64,000 nucleotides of DNA, from positions 196,540,001 to 196,604,000 of the forward strand of contig OZ024742.1 of the NCBI GenBank assembly GCA_964016885.1, written 5' to 3'. Position numbers and translations under genes: made by a program. Below, piece by piece: positions 40,031 to 53,132 of this stretch (position 1 is its first letter; every line of letters begins with the position of its first letter). The notes below the pieces were generated by a model. That model did not search any database, was not told the origin of the DNA, and worked only from the letters and a program-made list of their open reading frames with translations. Source of the stretch: Eledone cirrhosa. Taxonomy: Eukaryota.

Positions 40031-40616
40031 ACATCCATTTGGGAAACCTAGGTATTGTAAACATCTTTCCTTTCACTCTGTAAAGTGGTTGAAGTTAGGA
40101 AGGGCATCCAGCTGTGAATGCTATGTCAAAACTGTGACATATGTTGTTGTGATGTGACCTCTGACCTGTCTAGGTTAGTAGCTTCAGTTAAAGGTCTATA
40201 ATACTTATCTAACACATACACAAGCATAGAAAAGCAGATGTAAAATGATGATGATGATTTGGATGATGATGATGGTGGTGGTGGTGTTTGTGATTATTGT
40301 ATGAAAAAAAAACAGCAAATAATAAAATTCTTAGACCAGAACTCCTGGAAGAAACAAATTGAACACACTAAATATATATAGAGAGAGAGAGCAATGAAGG
40401 ATAGAGAGAAAAAATTATAAGTGAAGATGATTTTATATTTAAAGAAAAGACAGATCAATAAATCAATAAGTAACAACATTTATTAAACAATATTCTCACA
40501 GCTATCGATAATATACAGGCATTTGCTTTCACACTGAATGTGAAATAACATGCGGAAGCTAAACAAATTTTATATAACGGTAAAATAATATTTATACATC
40601 AAGATAAATTGCTTAA

Positions 40617-40817
40617 CCTCTTTTGATACCAAACTGGCTGAGGTCACCAAACACTTCTGATAACAAACCACTGGAAGCCATTTCTCATATAATACAAGAC
40701 TGATTGTTTTAAAATGTTTATATATTTATCTAAAAATCTTCCGTCGTAATTCTTGATTATTTTCAAAATTATTTGAAAATCACAGACAGTGTTCATAAAA
40801 CTATGATAACGAAAGGG
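40617..40817. mobile_element. Probable piggyBac-type MITE
   Basis: TTAA-CCTCTTTTGATACC...GATAACGAAAGGG-TTAA. Confidence 0.5.
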
Positions 40818-42560
40818 TTAAAGTGTTTGTGTTTATCAAAAAACCTTCCATCATAAGTTTATGTAAGAATCGATATTAAGTTGTGTTCCAAACACCAAAT
40901 TTAATAATGAGAAAGTTAGTGATATTACTAAACCTTTCCAATTTTTTTTATTTATTTTCAAAATCATAGGAAAATCATAGCTTTATATTAACACTATGAT
41001 CACAAAAAGGTTAACCCCTATTAACATATACTCTCTCCCTTAGAGCTTACCAAACTTTTCACAGTTACCATATATACTTGAATATAAACAGAGGAATATG
41101 TGACCAAAAAGTCGATGGTAAAATGGAGGGAGAGGTCAGTTTATATTCGGGGTCAATATTTTGATGATTTTCACCAACTTCAAATTCTACACAAATTAGG
41201 TGCTAAAATATCTGGAGTGATTATTTCACAATGAAACACTGTTTTTTCTACATTTACTCTATCATCAAAAGTTTTATTTATGCATTTCCTTGAAAACATT
41301 CTGAACAAATTTTTATTATTTGAACATTTTAATACATAAATATATGCATACATGCATGCACACACTCACACGGGCACATACACACATGCACATGTGTGTC
41401 GACTGTTTTTCTCTGTGACTTAATTATACATTAACTTTCAATTTTGAATTATATCATCAATTTTCTTCCATAGCTCATCATTATTTTGTTCCTGTAACTG
41501 GTGCAGCCAGTTGTTGGGGTGACACTCAAGATGCTTTCACAATCCAAGAACAGGAAAGACTGATATAGAAAGTACCAGCCCATTACTGGTGCAGCTCTCT
41601 ATCTCCTTCCACTTGTCAGATCCTGGATGTTCCATTGGATCAAAGGAGGGGGGATCAAGAGAGTGTCTCTATCTGCTCATGATTACACAGGTAGTGAAAA
41701 CCCTTATTAAAAGCAACATACATACTATCAAGTCATATTTAAATGTTAGAGCACTATTCCGCCTGAGAAACCGACATCACAGTCTTTAGTCCTAAATAAA
41801 ACTATCCTGAAACATTAAGTTGCAAATATTTATTAAATGCATCAAACATAACCTACTTTAAAAAACTTAATTTGAAAGCTAAATTCAGAAAAATTGTGAA
41901 AAGAAATAATATAAGGAAACTCAAACTCCTATATTCAACCAACAATGAAAAGTCTCAAAGCTAAAAATCATTGAAGTTAACCTAGTTAAAACATTAAACA
42001 ATACATGTCTAAATATAAAATACTAACTAGGAAATATTCTGAAATAATTCAAATTGCTAACTAAATAATTAAATAGACTTGCATAAATGAAATAAACATT
42101 AAATTTAAGCGAATTAAAATTAAATAAATTCCCTTAAATAATTAAAACAAATTATCAAACAAAAATAGAATAGAAAATTAGTGAAAATGAATTTAAAAAA
42201 TCTTCTTATTTAACACATGCTCACATCTCGACTGACTTGAAAAACTAACTTATAGTAAGAGTAGACTAAGGGGACTGAACTATGCCCTCTTCCTCATTTT
42301 ACAAAAGAATTCATCATCTAAATCCTTCACCTTACAGAGTCATCAACCACATAAAAAACTGAAAATGTCAGGGCCTAAAAATCACATGTTTACAAAGAAA
42401 TAGAGTTAAGCACTAATCGAAAACAAATATCTACTAATTCAATCAAATGTACTAACAGTGTATGTAATCCATGAATGAATTTTTCTATGCCAGCGGCCTG
42501 TTAGTGGGGATCTCTGGTGACAGTGTCAAGATAGGACATGAATATGTGCAAATAAAAGTG

Positions 42561-42640
42561 TTAAGGATAAGGTTAGGGTTATGGTTAGGTTTAGAGTTAG
42601 GGTTAGGGTTAGGGTTAGGGTTAGGGTTAGGGTTACGGTT
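42561..42640 (+). repeat. Interstitial telomeric (TTAGGG)n
   Basis: Six perfect units at 42597-42632 plus degenerate flanking units. Confidence 0.9.
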
Positions 42641-42917
42641 ATATATATTAACATGATATAGGTATCTATTATAAATATAACATATTCTTGTAATTGTATT
42701 GCTGCACAAAAGTATTAAAGTTTATTTTACTGCTTCTAAAACTGCTTTTGATTACACCTTGTGTTGCTTTTAGATATAATAATGCTTGGCATGGTGTTTT
42801 TTAATATGATATGAGTCTAATCTGTATTATGAAGTTACTTTTTGCATACTTTTATGTTGATGCTTATGGCAATATTTGTATTCCTGAAGATGTGTAGACC
42901 AGCAGACTTTTATTATA

Positions 42918-44512
42918 CAGTGCTCTGCAAAAGTTTACAACACATTAGGAAAAACGCAGTTTTAGGTATTTTTAATAAAGTTAGGGTAATGAAAATTTAA
43001 CTACTGATAGAACATATAATGAGGCATTTAATGATACAATCATATTTTTAAAAAAATAACAAGGAAATAACTCATGAAGAAAAATCAATATTTTTATAAC
43101 GCAAAAGTTTACAACACATTTTATATTTATCGCTTTTTTTCAAGAAAATTCTTAAATTTTCAGATTTAAAATTCAGTAGAATGTTCTAGATTAGGTTTAA
43201 GGTAACTTCTAAGGACTATTAAAAACATTACGTCATTATTTGTCTGACAACCATCCTGTAAACATTGACAACCGTCCTGTAAACATTGACAATATGGGGG
43301 AAAATAAACTGATTGATCAAGACCTCTGTAAACGCATTGTAGACCTTCATACAAATGGTGTTGGTTATAGAAAGATATCTTGTCAGTTAAATGTGCCATT
43401 GAGTTCAGTTGGTACTATAATTCGTCACTGGAAATCTCATCATTCCATCTGTCCTCTAATTAGTTCTGGTCGTCCTAGAAAGATAACGGAACGTGCAGCT
43501 CGGTTATTGACGAGAAAGGTTGGCAACAAACCCCGGTGTACTCTTAAAAATATTCAGGATGACCTAGAAGAAAGTGGAGTAAAAGTGAGCACAGATACAA
43601 TTAGTCGTTCACTACATCGATATGATATCTTCTCGAGGTCTCCAAGGAAAACACCACTTCTTACGAGGAAACACGTTCTTCGTCGATTAAACTTTGCAAA
43701 TGAGCATCTCATCAAACCTGCGTCATTTTGGGAAGATGTACTTTGGTCGGACGAAACAAAAATTGAACTTTTAGGTCGAAATGCTGTGGCAAAAGTCTGG
43801 AGAAAGAAAGGTACTGAATATTCGCCGAAGAATACTATTCCAACTGTAAAATTTGGAGGTGGATCAGTCATGGTCTGGGGTTGCTTTAGTGCCACAGGTG
43901 TAGGAAATATTGAAATAATAGAAGGAAGAATGGGTGGCGCTTATTATAGAGGTATTTTGCAAAGGAATTTACATCAAAGTGCACATTCTCTCAGCTTAAA
44001 GCCAGTTTGGTTTTTTCAACAAGATAACGATCCAAAGCATACTGCAAAGCTAACACAATCTTGGTTAAGTACGAATGGAATAAATGTTCTAAAATGGCCA
44101 AATCAGTCTCCAGATCTTAACCCGATCGAAAATTTGTGGAGAGAATTCAAAAAAGGAAACCCCAAAATATCCCTGAACTAAAGAAAATTTATGAATGGAT
44201 AAATATTAGCCAAGAAACATGCAAGAAGTTTGTAGGAGGCTACTTCAAACGCCCTACAGACTGTAATTAGCAACAAAGGTTACGCTACGAAATATTAAGA
44301 GATGATTTAATAAATGTGTTGTAAACTTTTGCATTATAAGAATATTGATTTTTCTTCATGAGTTATTTCCTTGTTATTTTTTTAAAAATATGATTGTATC
44401 ATTAAATGCCTCATTATATGTTATATCGGTAGTTAAATTTTCATTACCCTAACTTTATTAAAAATACCTAAAACCGCATTTTTCCTAATGTGTTGTAAAC
44501 TTTTGCGGGGCA

Positions 44513-44515
<3 letters not shown>
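42918..44515 (+). mobile_element. Tc1-family DNA transposon, IR/DR type
   Basis: TA|CAGTGC...GCACTG|TA; ~200-bp TIRs each carrying two GCAAAAGTTTACAACACATT direct repeats. Confidence 0.95.
43294..44181 (+). pseudogene. Tc1 DD34E transposase, C-terminus disrupted
   Basis: SGRPRK, VLWSDETK, GGGSVMVWGCF, FQQDNDPKH, WPNQSPDLNPIENLW; normal C-terminus (..NKGYATKY-stop near 44298) is separated from the ORF. Confidence 0.9.
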
Positions 44516-44591
<76 letters not shown>

Positions 44592-44594
<3 letters not shown>

Positions 44595-47320
44595 TCATCA
44601 TCATCATCATCATCAAGGTTTAGCGTCCGTGTTCCACGCTTGCATGGGTTTGGATGGGGGTTTTCCCACTTGAGGCAAGAGTGGTTGTCTTGCTCGCATA
44701 GGACTGTCTGGCGGGTTTTCTACAGCTGGATGCCCTTCCTAACACCAACCACATTTACAGTGTGGGGCTGGGAGGTTTTTACCGTGTTGCCTACACGGCC
44801 ACATTTACAGCGTGGACTGTGTGTTTTTTTGTCGTGACACCTACACGATCTCATTTGTTTCGGCCTGGATGTTGTGGCACCAACATAACTTTACATTGAA
44901 AGGGGCGGTGTGGATGGGGTGGGGGTGGTGGGACGGGGGTGTGTTTTGATAGAGATGCCTACTGACTGTAGTAGGTTTTACTTTGTATTTAGGTAAGGCG
45001 GGTCTTCTCTATTACTGAGTACCGCCAAAGGTCTCGGTCCAGTGACATTGTCTTGGAGAGGTGTAAGCGTGTGAGGTCGGAATTTATCATGTCGTCCCAG
45101 GTTTTTCTGGGTCTGCCTACTCCGTGGCTACCGTCTATCTTTATTGCCCTGCACTTTGTTATACAGCTGTCGTCTTTCATGCGCATCACGTGACCGTACC
45201 AACGTAGCCTTCTCTCGAGTAAACAACATCTGATCCCTCTTATTTCTAATTTTTTCCTTAGTTCGTTTATGCTTAGCCGTTCACGTATATTACTATTGCA
45301 CATCCAGCGGAGCATGCAAGCTTCGTTCCTCTCTAGTCTGCGTATATCCTCTGCACACAATGCCCAGGTCTCACTGCCATGCAACATTGCTGTTCGTATG
45401 CAAGCATCATACAACCTGCCTTTCATTTTTAGGGAGAACCCTTTAGCGGCTAATAGTGGTATAAGCTCTCTGAACTTTTTCCATCCAGTTCTGACTCTAG
45501 CTACTGTACTTTCAGAGCACCCTCCCCCACTGCTGATTTTGTCACCCAGGTAACGGAAGCTGTCCACTATTTCTATAGAACCCTCTGCGCAATTGAAAGA
45601 GCTAGTATTTTGTGGGCACTTGCTGCTACTTATTGCACCAGAGCACCGGCCACATGTAAAATCTATGTTCTTAGTTAGCTTACCTGTGATCCCACTACAT
45701 CTTTTATGCACCCATACTTTGCATTTGGGACATAAAATGGAGTTTCTACCTACGCCTTTCCTACACACTGAGCATGGCCATTTCCCGGAAGGGACCGCCG
45801 CCTTATTTTCTTTCCTACAAACTAGAACTTTAGTCTTAGCCAGGTTAATTTTAAGGCCTTTTGATTCTAGGCCGTGCTTCCATGTTTGGAATTTCTTCTC
45901 TAGTTCAGTCATTGATTCAGCTATGAGCGTTAGATCATCTGCGTATAGGAGTTCCCATGGGCAGCCGGTCTTCAACTCCTCTGTTATAGCATGAAGGGCA
46001 ATAATAAATAGTAGGGGGCTAAGAACAGAGACCTGATGGACACCAACTTTTACGCTAAACTCTTCACTATATTCGTTGTTAATTCTAACCTTGCTGACTG
46101 TTTCTTTATACATGGCTTGTATAGCTCTCACAAGCCATTCGTCAACACCTAGTTTTCTAAAGCCCACCAGATAATGGAACGGGGGACTCTGTCGAAGGCT
46201 TTCTCCAAGTCAACAAAAGCTAAGTATAGGGGTTTACTTTTAGCTAGGTACTTCTCCTGTAGTTGTCGTACAATGAAAAGAGCGTCTGTGGTACTTTTGC
46301 CTGACACAAACCCGAACTGCATTTCATCTAGATCAATTCTCTCTCTGATTAGTTGCGCTATTACTTTTTCCGTGACCTTCATGACCTGGTCGATTAATTT
46401 AATGCCTCTATAGTTACACCTATCTAGGGCATCTCCTTTACCCTTGTAACAGTTAATGATGATGCTGCTATGCCAGTCCTTCGGAACAACCCCATTCTGT
46501 ATGACTTGGTTTACTATCTGGGTGACCATGGTGCGTCCCACCGTTCCAGAGGCTTTCAGCATCTCAGCAACTATTTCCGAAGGCCCAGCCGCCTTACCCG
46601 TCTTTATATCTTTGATTGCCTTACTTATTATACTACCTTCGACTAACACTGCTGGTCCCTCTATTGGGTCGATGTGGGGGAGACTGTCTTTCTCCCATTT
46701 GTTCTCCTCATTTAGAAGCCTTTCGTAGTGACACTTCCAAGCTACCTTCTTATCAGCGTCAGTGATGGCAAGTATGCCATCATCATTAAGTACACAGTTC
46801 TCCCCGACAATATCACGGTTTTCCTTGACACATTGCCTAGCAATCCTGAACACCTCACGTTTTTGGTCCTCACGTTGTAGAACATGCTTGAACTTTCTTT
46901 CCTCTGCTTCCCTTCTTGCGAAGTACACTTGTCTCCTAGCTTCCCTCCTGGCCACTTGATAGTCTTCTCTACTTCCCCCATCCCGCCATACTTTCCAAGC
47001 CTGCTTTTTGGCCTAAATTGACTCCTCCACCTTAATGTTCCACCACCATGTTACTCTCCTCCTACCTACAGGCCTGCTCCAGCCACAGACTTCGTCTGCC
47101 GCCGTCAGCAGGTTTGCTTTCAGGAATTCCCACTGTTCCTCTATATTATACGACTCTAATTGCTCTTCCTTACTGTCGAAAGCATCAAGTAATATGCTTT
47201 GAAATTTATTTCTGGCTATGGGGTCCTTTAGCTTCTATATTTTTCTCCTGAGGATAGTCCTCTTCTGCTGTCTAGTACGTCTCGTCCTGACTATGAGGTC
47301 GCTAATTATCAGTCTATGTA
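44592..47320 (-). mobile_element. 5'-truncated RTE LINE with long 3' UTR
   Basis: ORFs 46149-46955 and 44989-46167 with all RT motifs and CSVC..CPKC..HKRC..CGRC finger; (GAT)n tail. Confidence 0.93.
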
Positions 47321-47379
47321 CATAATCAGTACAATCGAAGGAATATATTAGGTTAACGCTTGAAATAGCAGGAAGAGGG

Positions 47380-47415
47380 TCTTAACGTTTTGGACGCTAT
47401 TCCTTCATCAGAAGA
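47380..47415 (-). ncRNA. Degenerate minimal hammerhead
   Basis: tctt-CTGATGA-a-gga atagcg tcc-AAAA(for GAAA)-cg-TT-aaga. Confidence 0.5.
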
Positions 47416-48034
47416 AAGAATGAGAAATTAGATAGATGGAAGGGACAGATGGGGTGGAATTGGAAAAAATGTTTTTAGATAAAAATAACAGGTCCATTCA
47501 TGTTGCCATCTCTTGGAAATATATATATAACCCTAACCATAACCATAAGAACTTTGATGGTCCTACTTTCTTATTTACACATATTCATGTCATATCTTGA
47601 TGATGTGTTGACTGAGATCTCTGCTATTATATATGGATGGGCTTACTTACATATGATCCTGGTAGAGTGCAGGATCATATGTAAGCAAGATGCAGGCTCT
47701 CAGCAACCCTGCTTGAATACTGACCCATCCAAACCTTGCTAGAAGAGAAAACAGGTATTAAATAATGATGAGGACGAGGATGGTGATATATATATATATA
47801 TATGTATATATGATAGGCTTCCACACAATTTCTGTCTACCTAATTCTACTTACAAGACATTGATCAACCCAAAGCTACTCAACAGACTCTTGCACAATGT
47901 GTAAATCTTTGTGACTGAACCCAAAACCATGGTGGTTGCAAACAAACTTCTTAACCATGCAGTTATATAATGAACTAAAAATATAAGTATGTATACGTAC
48001 ATACATATATGTATACAAACGTACAGTAGTATTT

Positions 48035-48252
48035 TTCATTTCATTTCATTTTACGTCCACATTTCCCTGCTTGCAAGGGTGGGACGGGAACCGATTCTGG
48101 CTTGATTTCTACAGCTGGATGCCCTTCCTAACACCAACCTCATTTACAGTGAGTGCTGGGTGCTTTTTTGCCGTGGCACCTCCACGACCACTTTGCAGTG
48201 GAATGATATGGACCCCAGTCCCTATCATCTCATTTCTACAGCTGAGTAAACT
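48035..48252 (-). mobile_element. SINE of the 12073-12423 family, 5'-truncated
   Basis: Colinear body and tail. Confidence 0.8.
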
Positions 48253-48638
48253 GTATATATATATACATAGTTTCTTATCAATTAGAATTACACGCCTGTA
48301 ATGAAATGAGATACCATTAACATTAATGATTGATAATACTTGTCAAGAAAGCCAAGGGAGACAATTTTTAATTAGCTTAATCTAGTATGAAATAATTAAT
48401 GTTAGGCTATTATTTTGTGTTTGTGTTTCTGCTTGTTACAACAGTTGTAACCTTTACTGCCAAATGTCTTCTTGACATTTACAAATAAAATAGATTCTTT
48501 TTTAGGTTTTCATTGCTATTTCTTTTTATTTAAATCACTCCATAAATTAATATTTTACAAGGAAAGAAAGAAAAAAAATCAAACTTATGATGGAATACAA
48601 ACATATATACATGTGTATGTGTGTGTTTGTGTGTAAAC

Positions 48639-48670
<32 letters not shown>

Positions 48671-48732
48671 GGAGAAGGAAAACTCTGATATAACACCTGC
48701 AACCCTGATGGTATCCAATGATGTTGACTTAC

Positions 48733-48799
48733 TCTTCTTTTTGGTAAATATCATCTTGGTTAAGAGAGTGGGACTGGCTTTGTGCAGTGCCTTTGCTCA
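48733..48799 (-). CDS. Putative exon of an unidentified host gene
   Basis: SKGTAQSQSHSLNQDDIYQKE-GA|GTAAGT strong donor, phase 2, joins in frame to the exon starting at 39251; acceptor weak. Confidence 0.35.
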
Positions 48800-48854
48800 C
48801 TATAATGGTGTATGTTACGCAAATGGTGTATGTTATGTGCGTGTATGTGTACAT

Positions 48855-48912
<58 letters not shown>

Positions 48913-49040
48913 GTAATCTGAGTTTTTCGAATATTGATTATAATATTCGATTTGTTTGCAATTATGCAAATAGCCTCTTTTATAAGCTATGTCAGTAGAA
49001 TGAGCCCCTCATTCTCACTCTTGTGTTGGCATGCAAACAG

Positions 49041-49089
49041 AACTGCAAACACTAATGTTTCTGGGTGATTACCCTTCATCAGTGCAGTT
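49041..49089 (-). ncRNA. Type I hammerhead ribozyme
   Basis: aactgca-CTGATGA-a-gggt aatc accc-a-GAAA-cattagtg-TT-tgcagtt. Confidence 0.8.
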
Positions 49090-49197
49090 TAATGATTATC
49101 CGTTTACTGCTAATATGCAAATCAGGCCAATCAGTCACTGTATATTTCAGAAAATATCATATTTTCACTAGCTCTGACAGTTAGTAGGTAAGCAGTA

Positions 49198-49250
49198 AAC
49201 TGCACTCACTGATGAAGGGTAATCACCCAGAAACATTAGTGTCTACAGTT
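49198..49250 (+). ncRNA. Type I hammerhead ribozyme with weakened stem I
   Basis: aactgca-ctca-CTGATGA-agggtaatcaccca-GAAA-cattagtg-TC-tacagtt; GUC triplet, 4-bp insertion next to the core. Confidence 0.7.
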
Positions 49251-49416
49251 CTGTTTGCATGCCAACACAAGAGTGAAAATGAGGGGCTCATTCTACCGAC
49301 ATAGCTTATAAAAGAGGCTGTTTGCATAATTGCAAACAAATCGAATATTATTATTAATATTTTAAAAACTCAGATTACATTTATCGTATTCAGCCATGTA
49401 GAGCGATAACTAGTTG

Positions 49417-49495
<79 letters not shown>

Positions 49496-49540
49496 TATAT
49501 ATACACACATACACACCTATATATATATATATATATATAT

Positions 49541-50382
49541 AATAAAATATAGAGAAAAATACTGCAAGTAGCACATGGATAACATGTAATAAAATGAGTC
49601 CCTCATCAGTGATTTGCCGACGATCATCGATATTTCATTGCATTAAAAATCATATACCTCACGTCGGTACAATAATAACCAAAATAAGTTATTAGGACAA
49701 TTGAAACGCGTAAAGCGAGTGAGACAGGAGAACAACACAGAGTATAGCTAACCGTAGGGGAAAGAAACAAGCTTCAAAATTATTCTGTTTAGCATAAGCT
49801 AGGTGAATGAGGTATATGATTTTTAATGCAATGAAATATCGATGATCGTCGGCAAATCACTGATGAGGGACTCATTTTATTACATGTTATCCATGTGCTA
49901 CCTGCAGTATTTTTCTCTATATTTTATTACATATATTTACCACTGCGATTCTGTGTTTTTTTCTCTCTCTCTCTTACTGCTTCCCCAGTCTCTCTGTTTC
50001 TCCCCCTCTGTCATGTCAGTTAACTCTTCCTCACACTTTCACTCACTCACTGTTTCTCTTCTCTTCATTTCATCCTGTACACCACGAAGGCTATTTTTCT
50101 CTCTTCTCACATGGCCAGAGTTCGTGTCAGGTCTGTTTTCTAAAAGCGCTCATATATTCACCTAGCTTATGCTAAACAGAATAATTTTGAAGCTTGTTTC
50201 TTTCCCCTACGGTTAGCTATACTCTGTGTTGTTCTCCTGTCTCACTCGCTTTACGCGTTTCAATTGTCCTAATAACTTATTTTGGTTATTATTGCACCGA
50301 CGTGAGGTATATGATTTTTAATGCAATGCAATATCGATGATCGTCGGCAAATCACTGATGAGGGACTCATTTTATTACACGT

Positions 50383-50394
<12 letters not shown>
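49541..50394. mobile_element. Non-coding element with PLE-like inverted plus direct terminal repeats
   Basis: 49808-49895 repeats directly at 50303-50394 (495-bp period); 49541-49807 is an inverted copy spanning the unit junction. Confidence 0.65.
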
Positions 50395-50419
<25 letters not shown>

Positions 50420-50424
<5 letters not shown>

Positions 50425-51290
50425 CGTGGTGTATCAGCATTATTGTCATGTGTTAAAAGGGCAAAGGAGATACACTAGAAAGATGAAAGTGCAGAAGCAT
50501 GAAATTGTTGGATCGGGTTATGAAGGTTACAGAATGAATGATAGCAAAATTGATTAGGGACACAATTAATCTTGATCAGATAAAGTTTGGCTTTATGCTG
50601 GAGAGAAGCACTACTGATGCTATCTTTCTTGTGAGACAACTGTTGGTGAATTATTTAGATAAGAATAAGCTTCTATACTTATCATTTTTCAACCTGGAAA
50701 AGGGGGTCTGATAATATCCCACACTCTATAATTTTGTGGTCACTTAGGAAGCAAGGGACAGATGAATATCTTGTGAGAGCTGTGCAAGCTATGTACAGGG
50801 GGACAACCAGTAAGGCTAGAGTATGCACAGCAATGAATTTAGTGAGTGGATAGAAGTCCACCAATGCTTAGTTCTCAACCCCTCCTGTTTATAATAGTCC
50901 TTTAGACTATAACAGGAATTCAAGACTAGTTGCCTGTGGTAGCTTCTTTATGTTTATGCTTTAGCTCCCATTGCTGAAATGGTAGAAATTCCAGACATGG
51001 AAATAGAATCTAGAATCAAAGGGCTTCAAAGTGAACCTAGGAAAGACTAAAGTTTTAGTGAGTAGGAAATAGTACAGGACTCAGATACCATCAGAGAAAT
51101 GGCTATGCTCAATATGAATAAAAGAGGTCTATGGGAATGGCATACCATGTACCAACTGTGGACAATGAATGCACAAGCAGTGTAGTAGAATCACAAATAG
51201 GATGATATGTGAGAGGTGTAGTCAACAGTAACATTCAGAAATAAATTCCTTCAAATGCTCAGAAGGCTCACTAACAACATTTCTTCTGAG
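50420..51290 (+). mobile_element. Old degraded RTE RT fragment
   Basis: Broken translation FGF..RSTTDAIFLVRQL, SLRKQG, VRAVQAMY, KGFKVNLGKTKVL. Confidence 0.75.
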
Positions 51291-51443
51291 CATTGGTGAG
51301 GCTAAGTGCACCTGTGTCATTCCAAACATGACATCCTGATTCAAACTAAAAGACAAGATGGAGTAAATAGAACAAGATGAATACACAAAGGAGCAAGAAT
51401 AGTTATTGAGAAGGTCACAGAATGTGTGATGAAAGTGTTTTCA

Positions 51444-52623
51444 TCTATATTATAAAGCTGACGGCGGTATGTATGTCACAAACTTTTCGCTAAACGGCTG
51501 GACCAAAAAGCTCCAAATTTGCACCAGAGATGTAACTTTTTCCAAGTAAGAAAGTGGGGGTATTTTTGTCTTCTAAATTTCGTTAAAAGATTAAAGATAT
51601 TTTATCGTTTATTTAAATATTCACTTCTTTAAAATTTTCAAATGTCAACACTTCCGGTTATACGGCATTCCTCTCGCTTTCTTAGTCTGTCTTTTTAAAT
51701 AGATACATAGCTATAACGTCGCACCCTTATAATATGTCTCTGTATGTCTGGCTGTCTGCATTAGATACATAGCTATAACGTTGCACGCTTATAATATCTG
51801 TCGGTCTGCCTGTCTGCATTGACTTCGCTTTTAACCAACTTTTAATTAATTCAGTGCAAAGATACTGGATATAGTAATAATAATAATAGTTATACTTATA
51901 TATATAATATATATATATATATAATTATAAATTATACGGGTAATATTGTGTATTACCCAATTACCCATAAGATTATTAGCTCAATGTAAAATATCAGATA
52001 TACTATAGAGCAGAAATAACACTTCACAACTATAGATATTACCATTTTCTACATAAACTTTATGACTAACATTATAAAACTTTTCACCTAAATCTTTTCG
52101 CCTATAACTAATATATCTTATAATACTTATAACACCTATATGTATACTCTCACTACACAATTGTCTTACATTTATTGCATATTTTCTGCTATTATTTATA
52201 TTCTTGCTATAATGTTTCATAAGTAATTGAGTTAGAGCATTGGCCTTGCAATCGAAAGGTTGTGAGTTCAATTCTCAGACTGGGTGATGTGTTGTTTCCT
52301 TGAGAAAGACACTTTATTTCACTTGCTCCAGTTTACTCAGCTGTAGAAATGAGATGATAGGGACTGGGGTCCATATCATTCCACTGCAAAGTGGTCGTGG
52401 AGGTGCCACGGCAAAAAAAGCACCCAGCACTCACTGTAAATGAGGTTGGTGTTAGGAAGAGCATCCAGCTGTAGAAATCAAGCCAGAATCAGTTACCGTC
52501 CCACCCTTGCAAGCAGGGAAAAGGCGGACGTAACATGAAATGATGAAATGATGATGAAATGAAGTAATATAAACATGCCAATCTATGTTTAGAATCCCAA
52601 GCAACGCCGGGCCATTCTGCTAG
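51444..52623 (+). mobile_element. Non-autonomous Helitron containing a SINE
   Basis: A|TCTATATTATAAAG 5' end, 3' GC-rich CCCAAGCAACGCCGGG followed by CTAG|T; AT target, no TSD. Confidence 0.75.
52228..52563 (+). mobile_element. tRNA-derived SINE with RTE tail, inside the Helitron
   Basis: Reverse-complement match to 12073-12405. Confidence 0.85.
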
Positions 52624-52701
52624 TAATTAATATGACAACTCAACTAAATAAAGAAACTAATCTAGAAACTAATCTAGAAATGAATTAATCATGTGAATAA
52701 T

Positions 52702-52845
52702 AATTGTTTCTAATTTAGGCACAAGGCCAGCAATTTGAAGGGAAGTCGATTAAATCGACCCCCAATACGTTATTGATACTTTATTTTATCGACCCCCGTA
52801 AGGATGAAAAGCAAAGCTAACCTCGGTAGGATTTGAACTCAGAAT
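52702..52845 (-). mobile_element. Nin-domain SINE fragment
   Basis: Reverse complement similar to 1-122. Confidence 0.7.
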
Positions 52846-53087
52846 ATAAAGGTCTATAACTCTGTGCCAGTCATGTAAGTAATAATAAAACTGATGTGAA
52901 ACTCAACTGGTGTGTGTATATTCATTGGCAGCAAAACCTTCCCAAAATATAACAATATCTGGTTCAACACACAGTATCACATAAAAATCTTGCAAAACAA
53001 ATACAAAAATGAAGTATATATATAAATATACACATTTTTAATATATTGACATGCATTTCCTTATAAATTGAAAAAAAAATTATGGAC

Positions 53088-53132
53088 ACCGTTAATCGAT
53101 TTTCAGATTTAGTTGAGTTTTCATCAGAAGGT
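53088..53132 (-). ncRNA. Degenerate minimal hammerhead
   Basis: acctt-CTGATGA-aaactcaactaaatct-GAAA-atcgat-TA-acggt; palindromic stem III, stems I and II mismatched. Confidence 0.5.

Larger units (their letters stand above)
48909..49382. mobile_element. Fold-back element with a hammerhead in each arm
   Basis: 48909-49090 is the reverse complement of ~49197-49382; ~105-bp spacer; (TA)n nearby on both sides. Confidence 0.8.

Noticed and set aside
41065-41160. pogo/Tigger-like MITE terminus (TACCATATATACTTGAATATAA)
   Set aside because: No matching opposite terminus found
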